Source: Prochlorococcus marinus str. NATL2A
GTDB taxonomy: Bacteria; Cyanobacteriota; Cyanobacteriia; PCC-6307; Cyanobiaceae
Length of the DNA: 32,000 bases
Direction: 5' to 3'
Assembly: GCF_000012465.1 (NCBI RefSeq)
Contig: NC_007335.2
Coordinates: 180,001-212,000 of the forward strand
Shown here: positions 1 through 9,446 of the stretch, piece by piece
Numbering within the stretch: the first letter of the stretch is position 1
How the letters are laid out: each line of letters begins with the position of its first letter
Made by a program: the position numbers and the translations under genes
Notes under the pieces: model-generated
The model's input: the letters and a program-made list of their open reading frames with translations, nothing else
What the model was told of the DNA's origin: nothing
Database searches by the model: none

Positions 1-238
1 CTTCCCCAGGACGAAGCCTGCTCCATTTCCCTAGATCTTGGTGAAAACTATCGCACCCTCTTACATCCCATTCAATGCCTGTTTCGCTATCTGGCATGTC
101 AATAATATTGATGTGTATTTTGGGGTTTGTGCCTTGAAAATCTGGATTTTTGGAAAGGTGTTTGACTTGGTGATGTTCTTCAACTGTGTAGTAGGTCTTA
201 CATCTATCTACCCAAGCACAATCAACACAGATGCACAT
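1..238 (-). CDS. ycf34: Ycf34 (small cyanobacterial/plastid Fe-S protein), N-terminal part; the CDS runs off the left edge
   Basis: My own minus-strand translation from the ATG (reverse complement of 236-238) gives MCICVDCAWVDRCKTYYTVEEHHQVKHLSKNPDFQGTNPKIHINIIDMPDSETGIEWDVRGCDSFHQDLGKWSRLRPGE. It stays open to position 1. The Cys2/Cys4/Cys7/Cys13 pattern and the EWDV and KWSRLRPGE motifs are typical of Ycf34. It is absent from the ORF track because it is truncated by the window edge. Confidence 0.75.
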   Translation of the reverse strand, partial: MCICVDCAWVDRCKTYYTVEEHHQVKHLSKNPDFQGTNPKIHINIIDMPDSETGIEWDVRGCDSFHQDLGKWSRLRPGE

Positions 239-267
239 AACTATTAAAGTAAAATCTAGGTGTCATT

Positions 268-1455
268 TTGATAAGTAAGGACACATTACTATCAAATGAT
301 CTTTTTGGAGATTTAAATCCAAGAGATTGGCCCATATCAATATCTGACTTACCTCCTGGCAGTGCCTTGGTCGGCGGTTCAGTCAGAGATGCATTATTGA
401 ACAAATTGAGTCAAAAACCTGATTTGGATTTTGTAATACCAACAAATGCCATTAATTTCAGCGAAAACTTATCTAAAAAGATTAATGGCACATTTATAAA
501 GCTTGATGAAAAAAGAGATATTGCTCGACTAGTGATTAATGGTTGGACCCTGGATTTTGCTCGACAAGTTGGAGAAAATCTCCAAGATGATTTACTAAGA
601 CGTGATTTTCGAATTAATGCAATTGCTTTAAGGCTTACAGGAAAACCAGAGATTTTTGATCCAACTGGAGGAATTAATGATTTAAAAAGTAAGAAAATAG
701 TTGCAATTAGTGAAAAGAACTTACTTGACGACCCTTTGAGGATTCTTAGGGGGTTTCGATTTATGTGTGAATTAGATTTTGAGTTAGAGAAAAAAACTAA
801 AACGTTTCTCAAAAATAATGTGGATAAATTAAGTAATATTGCACCTGAGAGGATGAAAATGGAGATCTTAAAAATAGTTAATTCAAAATGGAATTCTTCA
901 GTTTGGAAAACATATTTAGAACTTCAATTATTGAACGAATGGAATGATAATAATTTCCCTTATATTGAATTGGAAAGAAAAGATATTTCTACGAAAAATC
1001 TAATATTTGGAAGCTTTTTATCGAAACTAATTTTTTTACTTAGTGATGAGGGCTTGTCTCGTTTGACCTTTAGTAAAAATCAAATAAAAAGATGTAAGAA
1101 CCTTAGATTCTGGGTTCATAAAATTAATAAATTAGATGATCTTTCCGAAGATGAAAGATTTCAACTTCACATTGATTTGGAAGAGGATTTGCCCTCTTTC
1201 ATCCTTTTTTTGAAAGAAAGGGATTCAAGTCCTTGGTTAAAACGCTGGAAAGACCCCCACGATCCCCTCTTTCACCCCTCTGCGCCTTTTGATGGCCATT
1301 TGCTTCAAAAAGCTTTTGGAATCCCTCCTGGTCCGTTCTTAGGCGAACTTATTAGGTATCTTTCCAGGGAAAAAGCTTATGGGAGAATCTCCACAAACAA
1401 TGAGGCTATGGAGGTCGCTCGTAAATGGACCCTAGAGAATTCCCCCTTTTTGTGA
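268..1455 (+). CDS. tRNA nucleotidyltransferase (CCA-adding) / poly(A) polymerase family protein
   Basis: 395-aa ORF with the GGSVRDALL motif (GGxVRD of the class II nucleotidyltransferase head domain), followed by RDFRINA and DPLRILRGFRF motifs. The start is TTG at 268. There is no in-frame ATG or GTG upstream of the catalytic motif. Confidence 0.8.
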   Translation: MISKDTLLSNDLFGDLNPRDWPISISDLPPGSALVGGSVRDALLNKLSQKPDLDFVIPTNAINFSENLSKKINGTFIKLDEKRDIARLVINGWTLDFARQVGENLQDDLLRRDFRINAIALRLTGKPEIFDPTGGINDLKSKKIVAISEKNLLDDPLRILRGFRFMCELDFELEKKTKTFLKNNVDKLSNIAPERMKMEILKIVNSKWNSSVWKTYLELQLLNEWNDNNFPYIELERKDISTKNLIFGSFLSKLIFLLSDEGLSRLTFSKNQIKRCKNLRFWVHKINKLDDLSEDERFQLHIDLEEDLPSFILFLKERDSSPWLKRWKDPHDPLFHPSAPFDGHLLQKAFGIPPGPFLGELIRYLSREKAYGRISTNNEAMEVARKWTLENSPFL

Positions 1456-1521
1456 TTAACTACACACAAATCAAATTAATCTCGGCCGTATGCCGTCGTC
1501 TCCTTATCCCCTTTTTTCTAA

Positions 1522-1953
1522 ATGAGTGTTCGTCTTTACATCGGTAATTTGCCGCAGAATGTCAATGTTAAAGAACTTGAAGCCCTCCTAACATCTATTG
1601 GAGAAGGCATCAAATTTAAAGCTGTTTTCGATAGAGATACCAAAGCTTGCAGGGGATTTGGGTTCGCGAATATTAAAGATGAGAATGTTGCAAATGAGCT
1701 TATTGAAAAATTAAATGGTCAAGAATTTAATGGTAATAAATTGAGGGTTGAGCGTTCTGAGCGTAAAGATTCAAATTCCGGAAATTCAAGACGAGGAGGG
1801 AACGCCAATAATGGAAATAAAGGTTCTAGTCGTAAAGATGTTAAGAAAGTTGTACATAGCGATGCGCCAATGAAAGAAGCTCCAGATCCAAGATGGGCTG
1901 GAGAACTATCAAAATTAAAAGATCTTTTAGCTAATCAAAAAACTCCCGCTTAA
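1522..1953 (+). CDS. RRM-type RNA-binding protein (cyanobacterial Rbp family) with a long basic Ser/Asn/Gly-rich tail
   Basis: RNP-2 (LYIGNL) and RNP-1 (RGFGFANI) motifs lie in the first ~80 aa. The C-terminal ~60 aa is low complexity (SNSGNSRRGGNANNGNKGSSRK). Confidence 0.85.
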   Translation: MSVRLYIGNLPQNVNVKELEALLTSIGEGIKFKAVFDRDTKACRGFGFANIKDENVANELIEKLNGQEFNGNKLRVERSERKDSNSGNSRRGGNANNGNKGSSRKDVKKVVHSDAPMKEAPDPRWAGELSKLKDLLANQKTPA

Positions 1954-1957
1954 ATAT

Positions 1958-2896
1958 TCAATTAATTAGTGTTCTAAGTTTATATTTTTCATCGTTGATG
2001 GTTATTAGATAGGAGATGGGTAGGTTTACAGCTTTTACCCATCCCTTTACATAAGCTCGATTGCTGAAGACGTCATAATCAATTTTTTCAATTGAATTTA
2101 ATATTCCGCTATATAACCTTAATGATGTCCATATAGGCCACCTTGCATCTATTGATAGCCATTTGATGCCTTCTTCAGATTTCTGGAACCAATCTCTAGC
2201 TCTGGCTAATTGAAAAGCCATTAAAGCTTTCCAGTTTTCATTAATTGTTCCTTTGAATAGATCTTCTTCGGAGTAATTAAATTTTTTCAAATCCTCTAAT
2301 GGCAAATAAATTCGTCCTCTCCCTCTATCTTCTCCAACATCTCTAAGAATATTGGTTAATTGATTCGCGATTCCTAGAGCTATTGCTGCTCGTGAAGTAT
2401 CAGGAGGTGGCAAATTTGGATTACGGGTATAGGCAGCATCAATACCTATTACGCCTTGCGTCATTAACCCAACAGTTCCAGCGACTCGATAACAGTAAAG
2501 TTCAAGTTCTTCAAAGGTTTTATATCTGGTTGTATCTAAATCCATTCTTTGGCCTTCAATCATATCTATGTAAGGCTGAATAGACTGAGGAAATTTTTGA
2601 AGAGTATCGGCTAAGACAGCATCAAGATCATCTTGAGTATTACCAGCAAAAATATTTTTTGTTTTGTCTTCCCATTGGTTGAGTCTATCTGATAACTCAT
2701 TTCGAGATTTTTTTTGAGCTTCAGTGCTGTCCATTAGCTCATCTGTTCTTCGGCACCAAACATAAATAGCCCAGATTGCTCTGCGTTTAGCAGGGGGCAG
2801 CAACATAGTACCCAGGTAGAAGGTCTTAGCCCATTGTGCAGTTTCTTTTCTGCAAGCCTCGTAGGCATCCTCTAGATTCAAAGAAGGCTGCGCCAA
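1958..2896 (-). CDS. crtB: Phytoene synthase
   Basis: 312-aa ORF with squalene/phytoene synthase motifs (YCYRVAGTVGLM, ILRDVGEDRGRGRIYLP). It lies directly downstream of pds, as in cyanobacterial pds-crtB operons. Confidence 0.93.
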   Translation of the reverse strand: MAQPSLNLEDAYEACRKETAQWAKTFYLGTMLLPPAKRRAIWAIYVWCRRTDELMDSTEAQKKSRNELSDRLNQWEDKTKNIFAGNTQDDLDAVLADTLQKFPQSIQPYIDMIEGQRMDLDTTRYKTFEELELYCYRVAGTVGLMTQGVIGIDAAYTRNPNLPPPDTSRAAIALGIANQLTNILRDVGEDRGRGRIYLPLEDLKKFNYSEEDLFKGTINENWKALMAFQLARARDWFQKSEEGIKWLSIDARWPIWTSLRLYSGILNSIEKIDYDVFSNRAYVKGWVKAVNLPISYLITINDEKYKLRTLIN

Positions 2897-2971
2897 AATT
2901 AGAAGTTTGTAAGTTTTTTAGTTTGCATTAAGCTCTTGAGTTGAAATTTTAAATAAATTCCTGTTGTTACA

Positions 2972-4384
<1,413 letters not shown>

Positions 4385-4470
4385 TTAACAACTTTAGTGA
4401 TTAAGACCACCCAACAAGGGTTTAGGTCGTTAAATTTGCAGTATATATTTCGGTTTGTTGTTTTAAATTC

Positions 4471-4818
4471 ATGAGCAATACTATTCTCAAATGCACAACA
4501 AGACATGTAAGAATATTTACTGCAGTTGTAGAAAATAATGATTTAATTTTTGATAATGGGCATCTGACTTTAGATATTGACCCAGATAATGAATTTTCTT
4601 GGAGCGATCAATCTATAAAAAAGGTGCAAGATTATTTTCGTGAACTAGTGGATTTTCAAGCCGATAATGAATTAAGTGATTACAGCTTGAGAAAAATAGG
4701 ATCCCTGCTTGAGGATTTTATTAGAAAGTTGCTTAAAGATGGAGAGCTCAGTTATAACCCAAATAGTAGGGTGATGAACTATTCCATGGGATTACCTCGA
4801 ACTCAAGAATTATTATGA
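4471..4818 (+). CDS. ndhM: NAD(P)H-quinone oxidoreductase (NDH-1) subunit M
   Basis: 115-aa ORF starting [18 protein letters not shown], which matches the conserved NdhM N-terminus (K-TTRH-RIF). Size and the position divergent from pds match picocyanobacterial synteny as I remember it. Confidence 0.82.
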   Translation: MSNTILKCTTRHVRIFTAVVENNDLIFDNGHLTLDIDPDNEFSWSDQSIKKVQDYFRELVDFQADNELSDYSLRKIGSLLEDFIRKLLKDGELSYNPNSRVMNYSMGLPRTQELL

Positions 4819-5474
4819 ATCAAGGTCCTTATAATCGAAGGCCATCATCTCGTAGAAGATCAGATTTGGCGAGAAGACAAGAAGGGAACAGATTTAATTC
4901 TAGAAAAGATTCAAATGTTAGAGACCAATATGAATCAAGAGGAAGTCGATTTCAATCGTCAGGGCCCTCAGGTGGAGGCGGAGGTGGTATAAAAATAAAC
5001 TCTAATTCTATTGCCATTTTGGCTGGAGTATTGGTAATTGGCGTTGGTATAGGAAGCCTCATCACAAGCACAACTTCAGGTGGCCAGGGGAATATTGCAA
5101 GTCAGCAACAATTGGATATGGCAGTTCCGGATCCCGACTTTTGCAGGCAATACGGTGCAAGCGCCTTTGTGATCGATGTTGAAATGTATACGACCTTAAA
5201 CCCTTCTACAAGCTTTGTGACACAACCTGCTCTTCAGCCAGGTTGTGTCATTAGAAGAGAAAATTGGACTGTTTTGCAAAAGCAAGGAGCCATAAATAAT
5301 GAAGATGTTAGAGAATGTAAGCAAAGAATGAATACATTTGCCTATATAGGTTCAATTAGGGACCAGCCAATTGTGCGTTGCGTTTATCAAGCAGATGTTA
5401 ACGAAAATAAATTTATAATTAGAGGTGCTGAAGAAGATGCTGTTGGTATAAATAAAGAGGCTATACAATTTTAA
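4815..5474 (+). CDS. Conserved membrane protein, DUF3172-like. It has a basic disordered N-terminus, one TM helix and a 4-Cys C-terminal domain.
   Basis: 219-aa ORF whose ATG overlaps the ndhM stop (ATGA at 4815-4818). It has an Arg/Ser-rich N-terminus, a GGGGGG run and a hydrophobic segment ([18 protein letters not shown]). The soluble domain that follows contains four Cys. The family name is from memory and was not searched. Confidence 0.6.
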   Translation: MNQGPYNRRPSSRRRSDLARRQEGNRFNSRKDSNVRDQYESRGSRFQSSGPSGGGGGGIKINSNSIAILAGVLVIGVGIGSLITSTTSGGQGNIASQQQLDMAVPDPDFCRQYGASAFVIDVEMYTTLNPSTSFVTQPALQPGCVIRRENWTVLQKQGAINNEDVRECKQRMNTFAYIGSIRDQPIVRCVYQADVNENKFIIRGAEEDAVGINKEAIQF

Positions 5475-6421
5475 TTTTGAGGATTAAATAGTGGTGAAAA
5501 TGAACTAGCAAATAGAGGTAATATGTCTCGTGTGAATGCTTCTGCAGCTCTAGATGAATATCTGCCAGGATTGGTGATTACTTTCAGTTCTCTTTTGACT
5601 TCTAAATCTGCCACGATTGGTCTGTGAATACTGCCTCCGGATAATTCTCTTTCAATTGATACTACGGGGAGAAAAGCTGCTCCTAGATTTGATTGAACAG
5701 CATTTTTTATAGCTTCAAGAGAGTTTAATTCCATTTCTATATGTAACCTCTGTACGTCTAATCCTGAAGAGGACAATAGTTGATCTAGGACTTTTCTTGT
5801 GGTTGATTGATTGTCTAAGGTGATAAACCTAAGACTATATAGATCTTCTTTTGTAAGTTCTTTTGACTTTGCTAATGGATGATTAGTAGGTAAAACAAGG
5901 GCTAACTCATCTGTTGCAAAAGGAATAACTTCTAATAATTCATTTAATTCTAATGGCAGTTGGCCTCCGATAATAGCTATGTCTATCTGGCCATTAGCAA
6001 CACTCCATCCTGTTCTTCTAGTGCTATGAATTTGAAGTTGAACAGAAACTTCTGGATACTTTTGTCTGAAAACTCCTATCATCCTTGGCATCAAGTAAGT
6101 ACCAGTAGTTTGGCTAGCACCAATAATGATGGATCCCCCTTTGAGATTATTTAAATCTTCAACTGCTTTGCAAGTCTCTAGGCATTCTCCTAAAATTTTC
6201 TCACAATAATTTAGAAGAAGCTTTCCAGCTTCAGTTAGTTGGGCTTTTCTTCCACCTCTATCAAATATTGCAATATCTAGTTGTTTTTCAAGATTTTGCA
6301 CTTGCAAACTTACAGCCGGTTGAGTCACAAAGAGACTATCTGCAGCTTTTTTGAAGCTCCCCTCATCAACGATTGCTTTGAGGATTCTTAGTTGATCAAG
6401 AGTGAATGGAATCTCGGCCAT
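5471..6421 (-). CDS. rbcR: LysR-type transcriptional regulator (RbcR/CbbR/Ycf30-NdhR group)
   Basis: 316-aa ORF with an N-terminal wHTH ([41 protein letters not shown]) and a LysR substrate-binding domain. It is divergent from nnrU-ndhF-ndhD. Confidence 0.85.
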   Translation of the reverse strand: MAEIPFTLDQLRILKAIVDEGSFKKAADSLFVTQPAVSLQVQNLEKQLDIAIFDRGGRKAQLTEAGKLLLNYCEKILGECLETCKAVEDLNNLKGGSIIIGASQTTGTYLMPRMIGVFRQKYPEVSVQLQIHSTRRTGWSVANGQIDIAIIGGQLPLELNELLEVIPFATDELALVLPTNHPLAKSKELTKEDLYSLRFITLDNQSTTRKVLDQLLSSSGLDVQRLHIEMELNSLEAIKNAVQSNLGAAFLPVVSIERELSGGSIHRPIVADLEVKRELKVITNPGRYSSRAAEAFTRDILPLFASSFSPLFNPQN

Positions 6422-6497
6422 GGTGGCAGGCCTTCATGGCAGTTATTAAAATAAAATGTAGGGAAAAACAACTCGAACTGTTGATCCGGTATGGATC

Positions 6498-6510
6498 TAA
6501 TAATTTATTA
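6498..6510. promoter_or_regulatory. Candidate LTTR box: perfect dyad TAATAA-T-TTATTA (T-N11-A form) in the rbcR / nnrU divergent spacer
   Basis: Read directly from the sequence, in the 108-bp divergent spacer (6422-6529). A second dyad, TTATT-AA-AATAA, lies at 6443-6454. AT-rich palindromes occur easily by chance in this genome, so confidence is low. Confidence 0.2.
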
Positions 6511-6529
6511 AGAGGTTTTTATACGACTA

Positions 6530-7276
6530 ATGACACTTTCAGATACACATGGTTCGAGTTTTGTAATGATATTACTTTTATTTTGTTTTGCAGTTATTCA
6601 TAGTGGTGGAGCGGCTTTAAGGGTGAAAGCAGAAAGTGTAATTGGAGCAAGAGCATGGAGATTGATTTTTGCTTTTGCAAGTATTCCTTCAGCAGTTATT
6701 TTGGTGGGCTATTTTATTGCCCATCGTTACGACGGATTTAGATTTTGGAATTTGCAAGGGGTTAGTGAGCTAATTCCATTGATTTGGATTTTGAGTGCAA
6801 TTAGTTTTCTTTTCCTATACCCAGCTACATATAACCTTTTAGAAATACCAGCTGTTCTGAAACCTAAAGTTAGAATTTATGCTACTGGGATTATTAGAGT
6901 CACTCGCCATCCACAGGCAATAGGTCAAATTATTTGGTGTTTTGCGCATTTACTTTGGATAGGCACAAGTTTTACTCTTGTGACTTGCTTGGGATTGATT
7001 GCTCATCATTTATTTGCCATCTGGCATGGTGATAGAAGACTTAGCCTCAAATTCGGACAAGAATTTGAGGATGTGAAGAAAAGAACATCGGTCGTTCCAT
7101 TTTTAGCTGTGTTGGATGGACGACAAAAATTACAAATAAAAGAATTTCTCAGGCCCTCTCAAATGGGCATTCTCATTGCAGTGTTTTTTTTCTGGTGGTC
7201 TCACAAATTTATTTCTGTTGGAGCGCAGAGATTTCTCTCTTTTGATTTAACTGAATTACTAGCAAGAATTGCCTAA
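6530..7276 (+). CDS. NnrU-family integral membrane protein (Z-ISO-like)
   Basis: 248-aa polytopic membrane ORF with an early His (IHSGGAALR) and an RHPQAIGQIIWCFAHLLW motif typical of NnrU family proteins. The alternative start is Met13 (6566). Confidence 0.7.
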   Translation: MTLSDTHGSSFVMILLLFCFAVIHSGGAALRVKAESVIGARAWRLIFAFASIPSAVILVGYFIAHRYDGFRFWNLQGVSELIPLIWILSAISFLFLYPATYNLLEIPAVLKPKVRIYATGIIRVTRHPQAIGQIIWCFAHLLWIGTSFTLVTCLGLIAHHLFAIWHGDRRLSLKFGQEFEDVKKRTSVVPFLAVLDGRQKLQIKEFLRPSQMGILIAVFFFWWSHKFISVGAQRFLSFDLTELLARIA

Positions 7277-7301
7277 ACTTATTTCAATATGATTTAGCTG
7301 G

Positions 7302-9308
7302 ATGCATTCGGCTGCAGATTTCGCTTGGTTAATTCCACTACTTCCTCTTTGTGGGGCAGTTTTGATTGGTTTAGGATTAATTAGTTTTAATGATCTTTTT
7401 AATCGTTCAAGAAAACCCGTTGCAATAACCCTTTTAACTTCCGTAGGTGCCTCTGCATTTATTAGCTATGCAGTTTTGGCTGAGCAACTTTCAGGTAAGC
7501 CTCCAGTTGAACACTTGTTTATATGGGCAAGTGCAGGTTCTTTTGAATTACCAATGGGATATGTAATTGATCCTTTAGCGGCAGTAATGCTTGCTCTTGT
7601 GACGACAATTGCTTTTTTGGTAATGATTTATTCCCATGGTTATATGGCACACGACCCTGGGTATGTTCGTTTTTTTACATATTTAGCCCTATTTAGCAGT
7701 TCTATGCTTGGGCTCATAGTTAGTCCAAATCTGCTTGAGATATACGTTTTTTGGGAATTGGTTGGCATGTGTTCATATTTACTAGTTGGTTTTTGGTACG
7801 ACAGAGATGGTGCTGCGCATGCAGCTCAAAAGGCTTTTATTGTCAATAGAGTAGGAGACTTTGGCTTATTGCTTGGCATCTTGGGTCTTTTTTGGGCAAC
7901 TGGAAGTTTTGATTTTCATGGAATTGCTGACGGTCTATCAGAGTCAGTTAGTTCTGGGACGGTGCCAATATGGGCGGCTTTGACTCTTTGTATTCTGGTT
8001 TTTATGGGACCAATGGCAAAGTCTGCTCAATTCCCTCTGCATGTTTGGTTGCCTGACGCAATGGAAGGTCCAACTCCCATATCTGCCTTAATTCATGCAG
8101 CAACAATGGTTGCAGCAGGAGTTTTTTTAGTAGCAAGGCTTGATCCTTTGTTTAGCCAATTCCCTTTCGTTGGTTTATTCATTGCAATTATTGGAACAGT
8201 AACTTGTTTCCTGGGGGCATCGATTGCTTTGACACAAATGGATTTGAAAAAAGGATTGGCTTACAGCACGGTTTCTCAACTTGGATACATGATGCTTGCG
8301 ATGGGATGTGGCGCACCAGTCGCAGGAATGTTCCACCTTGTTACACACGCTTGTTTTAAGGCAATGTTATTCCTTGGCTCAGGTTCAGTTATTCATGCCA
8401 TGGAGGAGGTGGTTGGTCATGAACCAATTCTTGCTCAAGATATGCGTTTAATGGGAGGCCTACGTAAAAAAATGCCTATCACAGCAATAACTTTTTTCAT
8501 TGGTTGTATTGCTATTAGTGGGATCCCTCCTCTAGCAGGTTTTTGGAGTAAAGATGAAATCCTTGGTCAAGCTTTTAATAGTTTTCCAATACTTTGGTTT
8601 ATTGGTTTTTTAACGGCAGGAATGACAGCTTTCTACATGTTTAGACTTTATTTTCTAACTTTTGAGGGCGAATTTCGAGGCGAAAATCAAGAGATGCAGC
8701 TTTCTTTGCTTGCTTTAGCAGGTAAAGAAAAAGATGAAGAACATGAAGAACATGAAGTTGGCAATATTCATGAATCTGCATGGCCTATGACACTTCCTTT
8801 GGCAATTCTGGCAATACCTTCTGTCTTGATTGGATTTATAGGAGTTCCTTGGAATAGCATTTTTGCAAACTTGTTAGACCCTCTTGAGGCTCTTGAAGTT
8901 GCCGAAAATTTTAGTTGGGGAGAATTTCTTCCACTTGCGACTGCCTCTGTGGCAATCTCATCGACTGGAATAGTATTGGCGGTTTTAACTTATTATTTGA
9001 AACGTCTTGATCTTGGCGTTTATTTATCCAAGAAGTACCCTCAAATTAATTCATTTCTTCAGAATAAATGGTACTTAGATGATATAAATGAGAAAATTTT
9101 CGTAAAAGGAAGTAGAAAGCTCGCCAGAGAAGTACTAGAAGTAGATGCAAAAGTAGTTGATGGAGTTGTTAATCTGACAGGATTATTAACTCTTGGTAGT
9201 GGAGAAGGACTCAAATATTTTGAAACAGGAAGAGCTCAGTTTTATGCATTGATTGTTTTTGGAGGAGTGATTGCTCTGGTCGCACTTTTTGGAGTTGTGG
9301 GAGCATAA
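7302..9308 (+). CDS. ndhF: NAD(P)H-quinone oxidoreductase subunit 5 (NDH-1 NdhF, NuoL family)
   Basis: 668-aa polytopic ORF with proton-antiporter-like motifs (VFWELVGMCSYLLVGFWY, SAQFPLHVWLPDAMEGPTPISALIHAATMV). Confidence 0.95.
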   Translation: MHSAADFAWLIPLLPLCGAVLIGLGLISFNDLFNRSRKPVAITLLTSVGASAFISYAVLAEQLSGKPPVEHLFIWASAGSFELPMGYVIDPLAAVMLALVTTIAFLVMIYSHGYMAHDPGYVRFFTYLALFSSSMLGLIVSPNLLEIYVFWELVGMCSYLLVGFWYDRDGAAHAAQKAFIVNRVGDFGLLLGILGLFWATGSFDFHGIADGLSESVSSGTVPIWAALTLCILVFMGPMAKSAQFPLHVWLPDAMEGPTPISALIHAATMVAAGVFLVARLDPLFSQFPFVGLFIAIIGTVTCFLGASIALTQMDLKKGLAYSTVSQLGYMMLAMGCGAPVAGMFHLVTHACFKAMLFLGSGSVIHAMEEVVGHEPILAQDMRLMGGLRKKMPITAITFFIGCIAISGIPPLAGFWSKDEILGQAFNSFPILWFIGFLTAGMTAFYMFRLYFLTFEGEFRGENQEMQLSLLALAGKEKDEEHEEHEVGNIHESAWPMTLPLAILAIPSVLIGFIGVPWNSIFANLLDPLEALEVAENFSWGEFLPLATASVAISSTGIVLAVLTYYLKRLDLGVYLSKKYPQINSFLQNKWYLDDINEKIFVKGSRKLAREVLEVDAKVVDGVVNLTGLLTLGSGEGLKYFETGRAQFYALIVFGGVIALVALFGVVGA

Positions 9309-9446
9309 TTTACATAATTTTTTTATGTGTGTGTTTCATCCCCTATCTAGAGGGTGCGAATAATCTCATAATTTCTAAACTCAAAAAGTGGTGATTAATT
9401 TCGAGCCTTGGAATTCGCTCTCAATATCAGTTTTAACCTAGGAACA

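Noticed and set aside
38-247. 69-aa plus-strand ORF from the track at the left edge
   Set aside because: It lies entirely antisense to a reading frame with a clear Ycf34 signature (MCICVDCAWVDRC...). Its own translation is hydrophobic junk with no recognisable motif, so I treat it as a shadow ORF.
222-812. Minus-strand ORFs 222-404 and 411-812, overlapping the CCA/poly(A) polymerase family gene
   Set aside because: They are antisense to a well-supported 395-aa gene with catalytic motifs. Their translations are low complexity and Ser/Lys/Phe-rich, as expected from reading AT-rich coding DNA backwards.
9312-9328. Hairpin ACATAA-TTTTT-TTATGT just after the ndhF stop, considered as a terminator
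   Set aside because: The stem is six A-T/T-A pairs with no G-C, and it is followed by GTGTGTTTC rather than a U-run. ndhD follows on the same strand and is probably co-transcribed. This is too weak to call.
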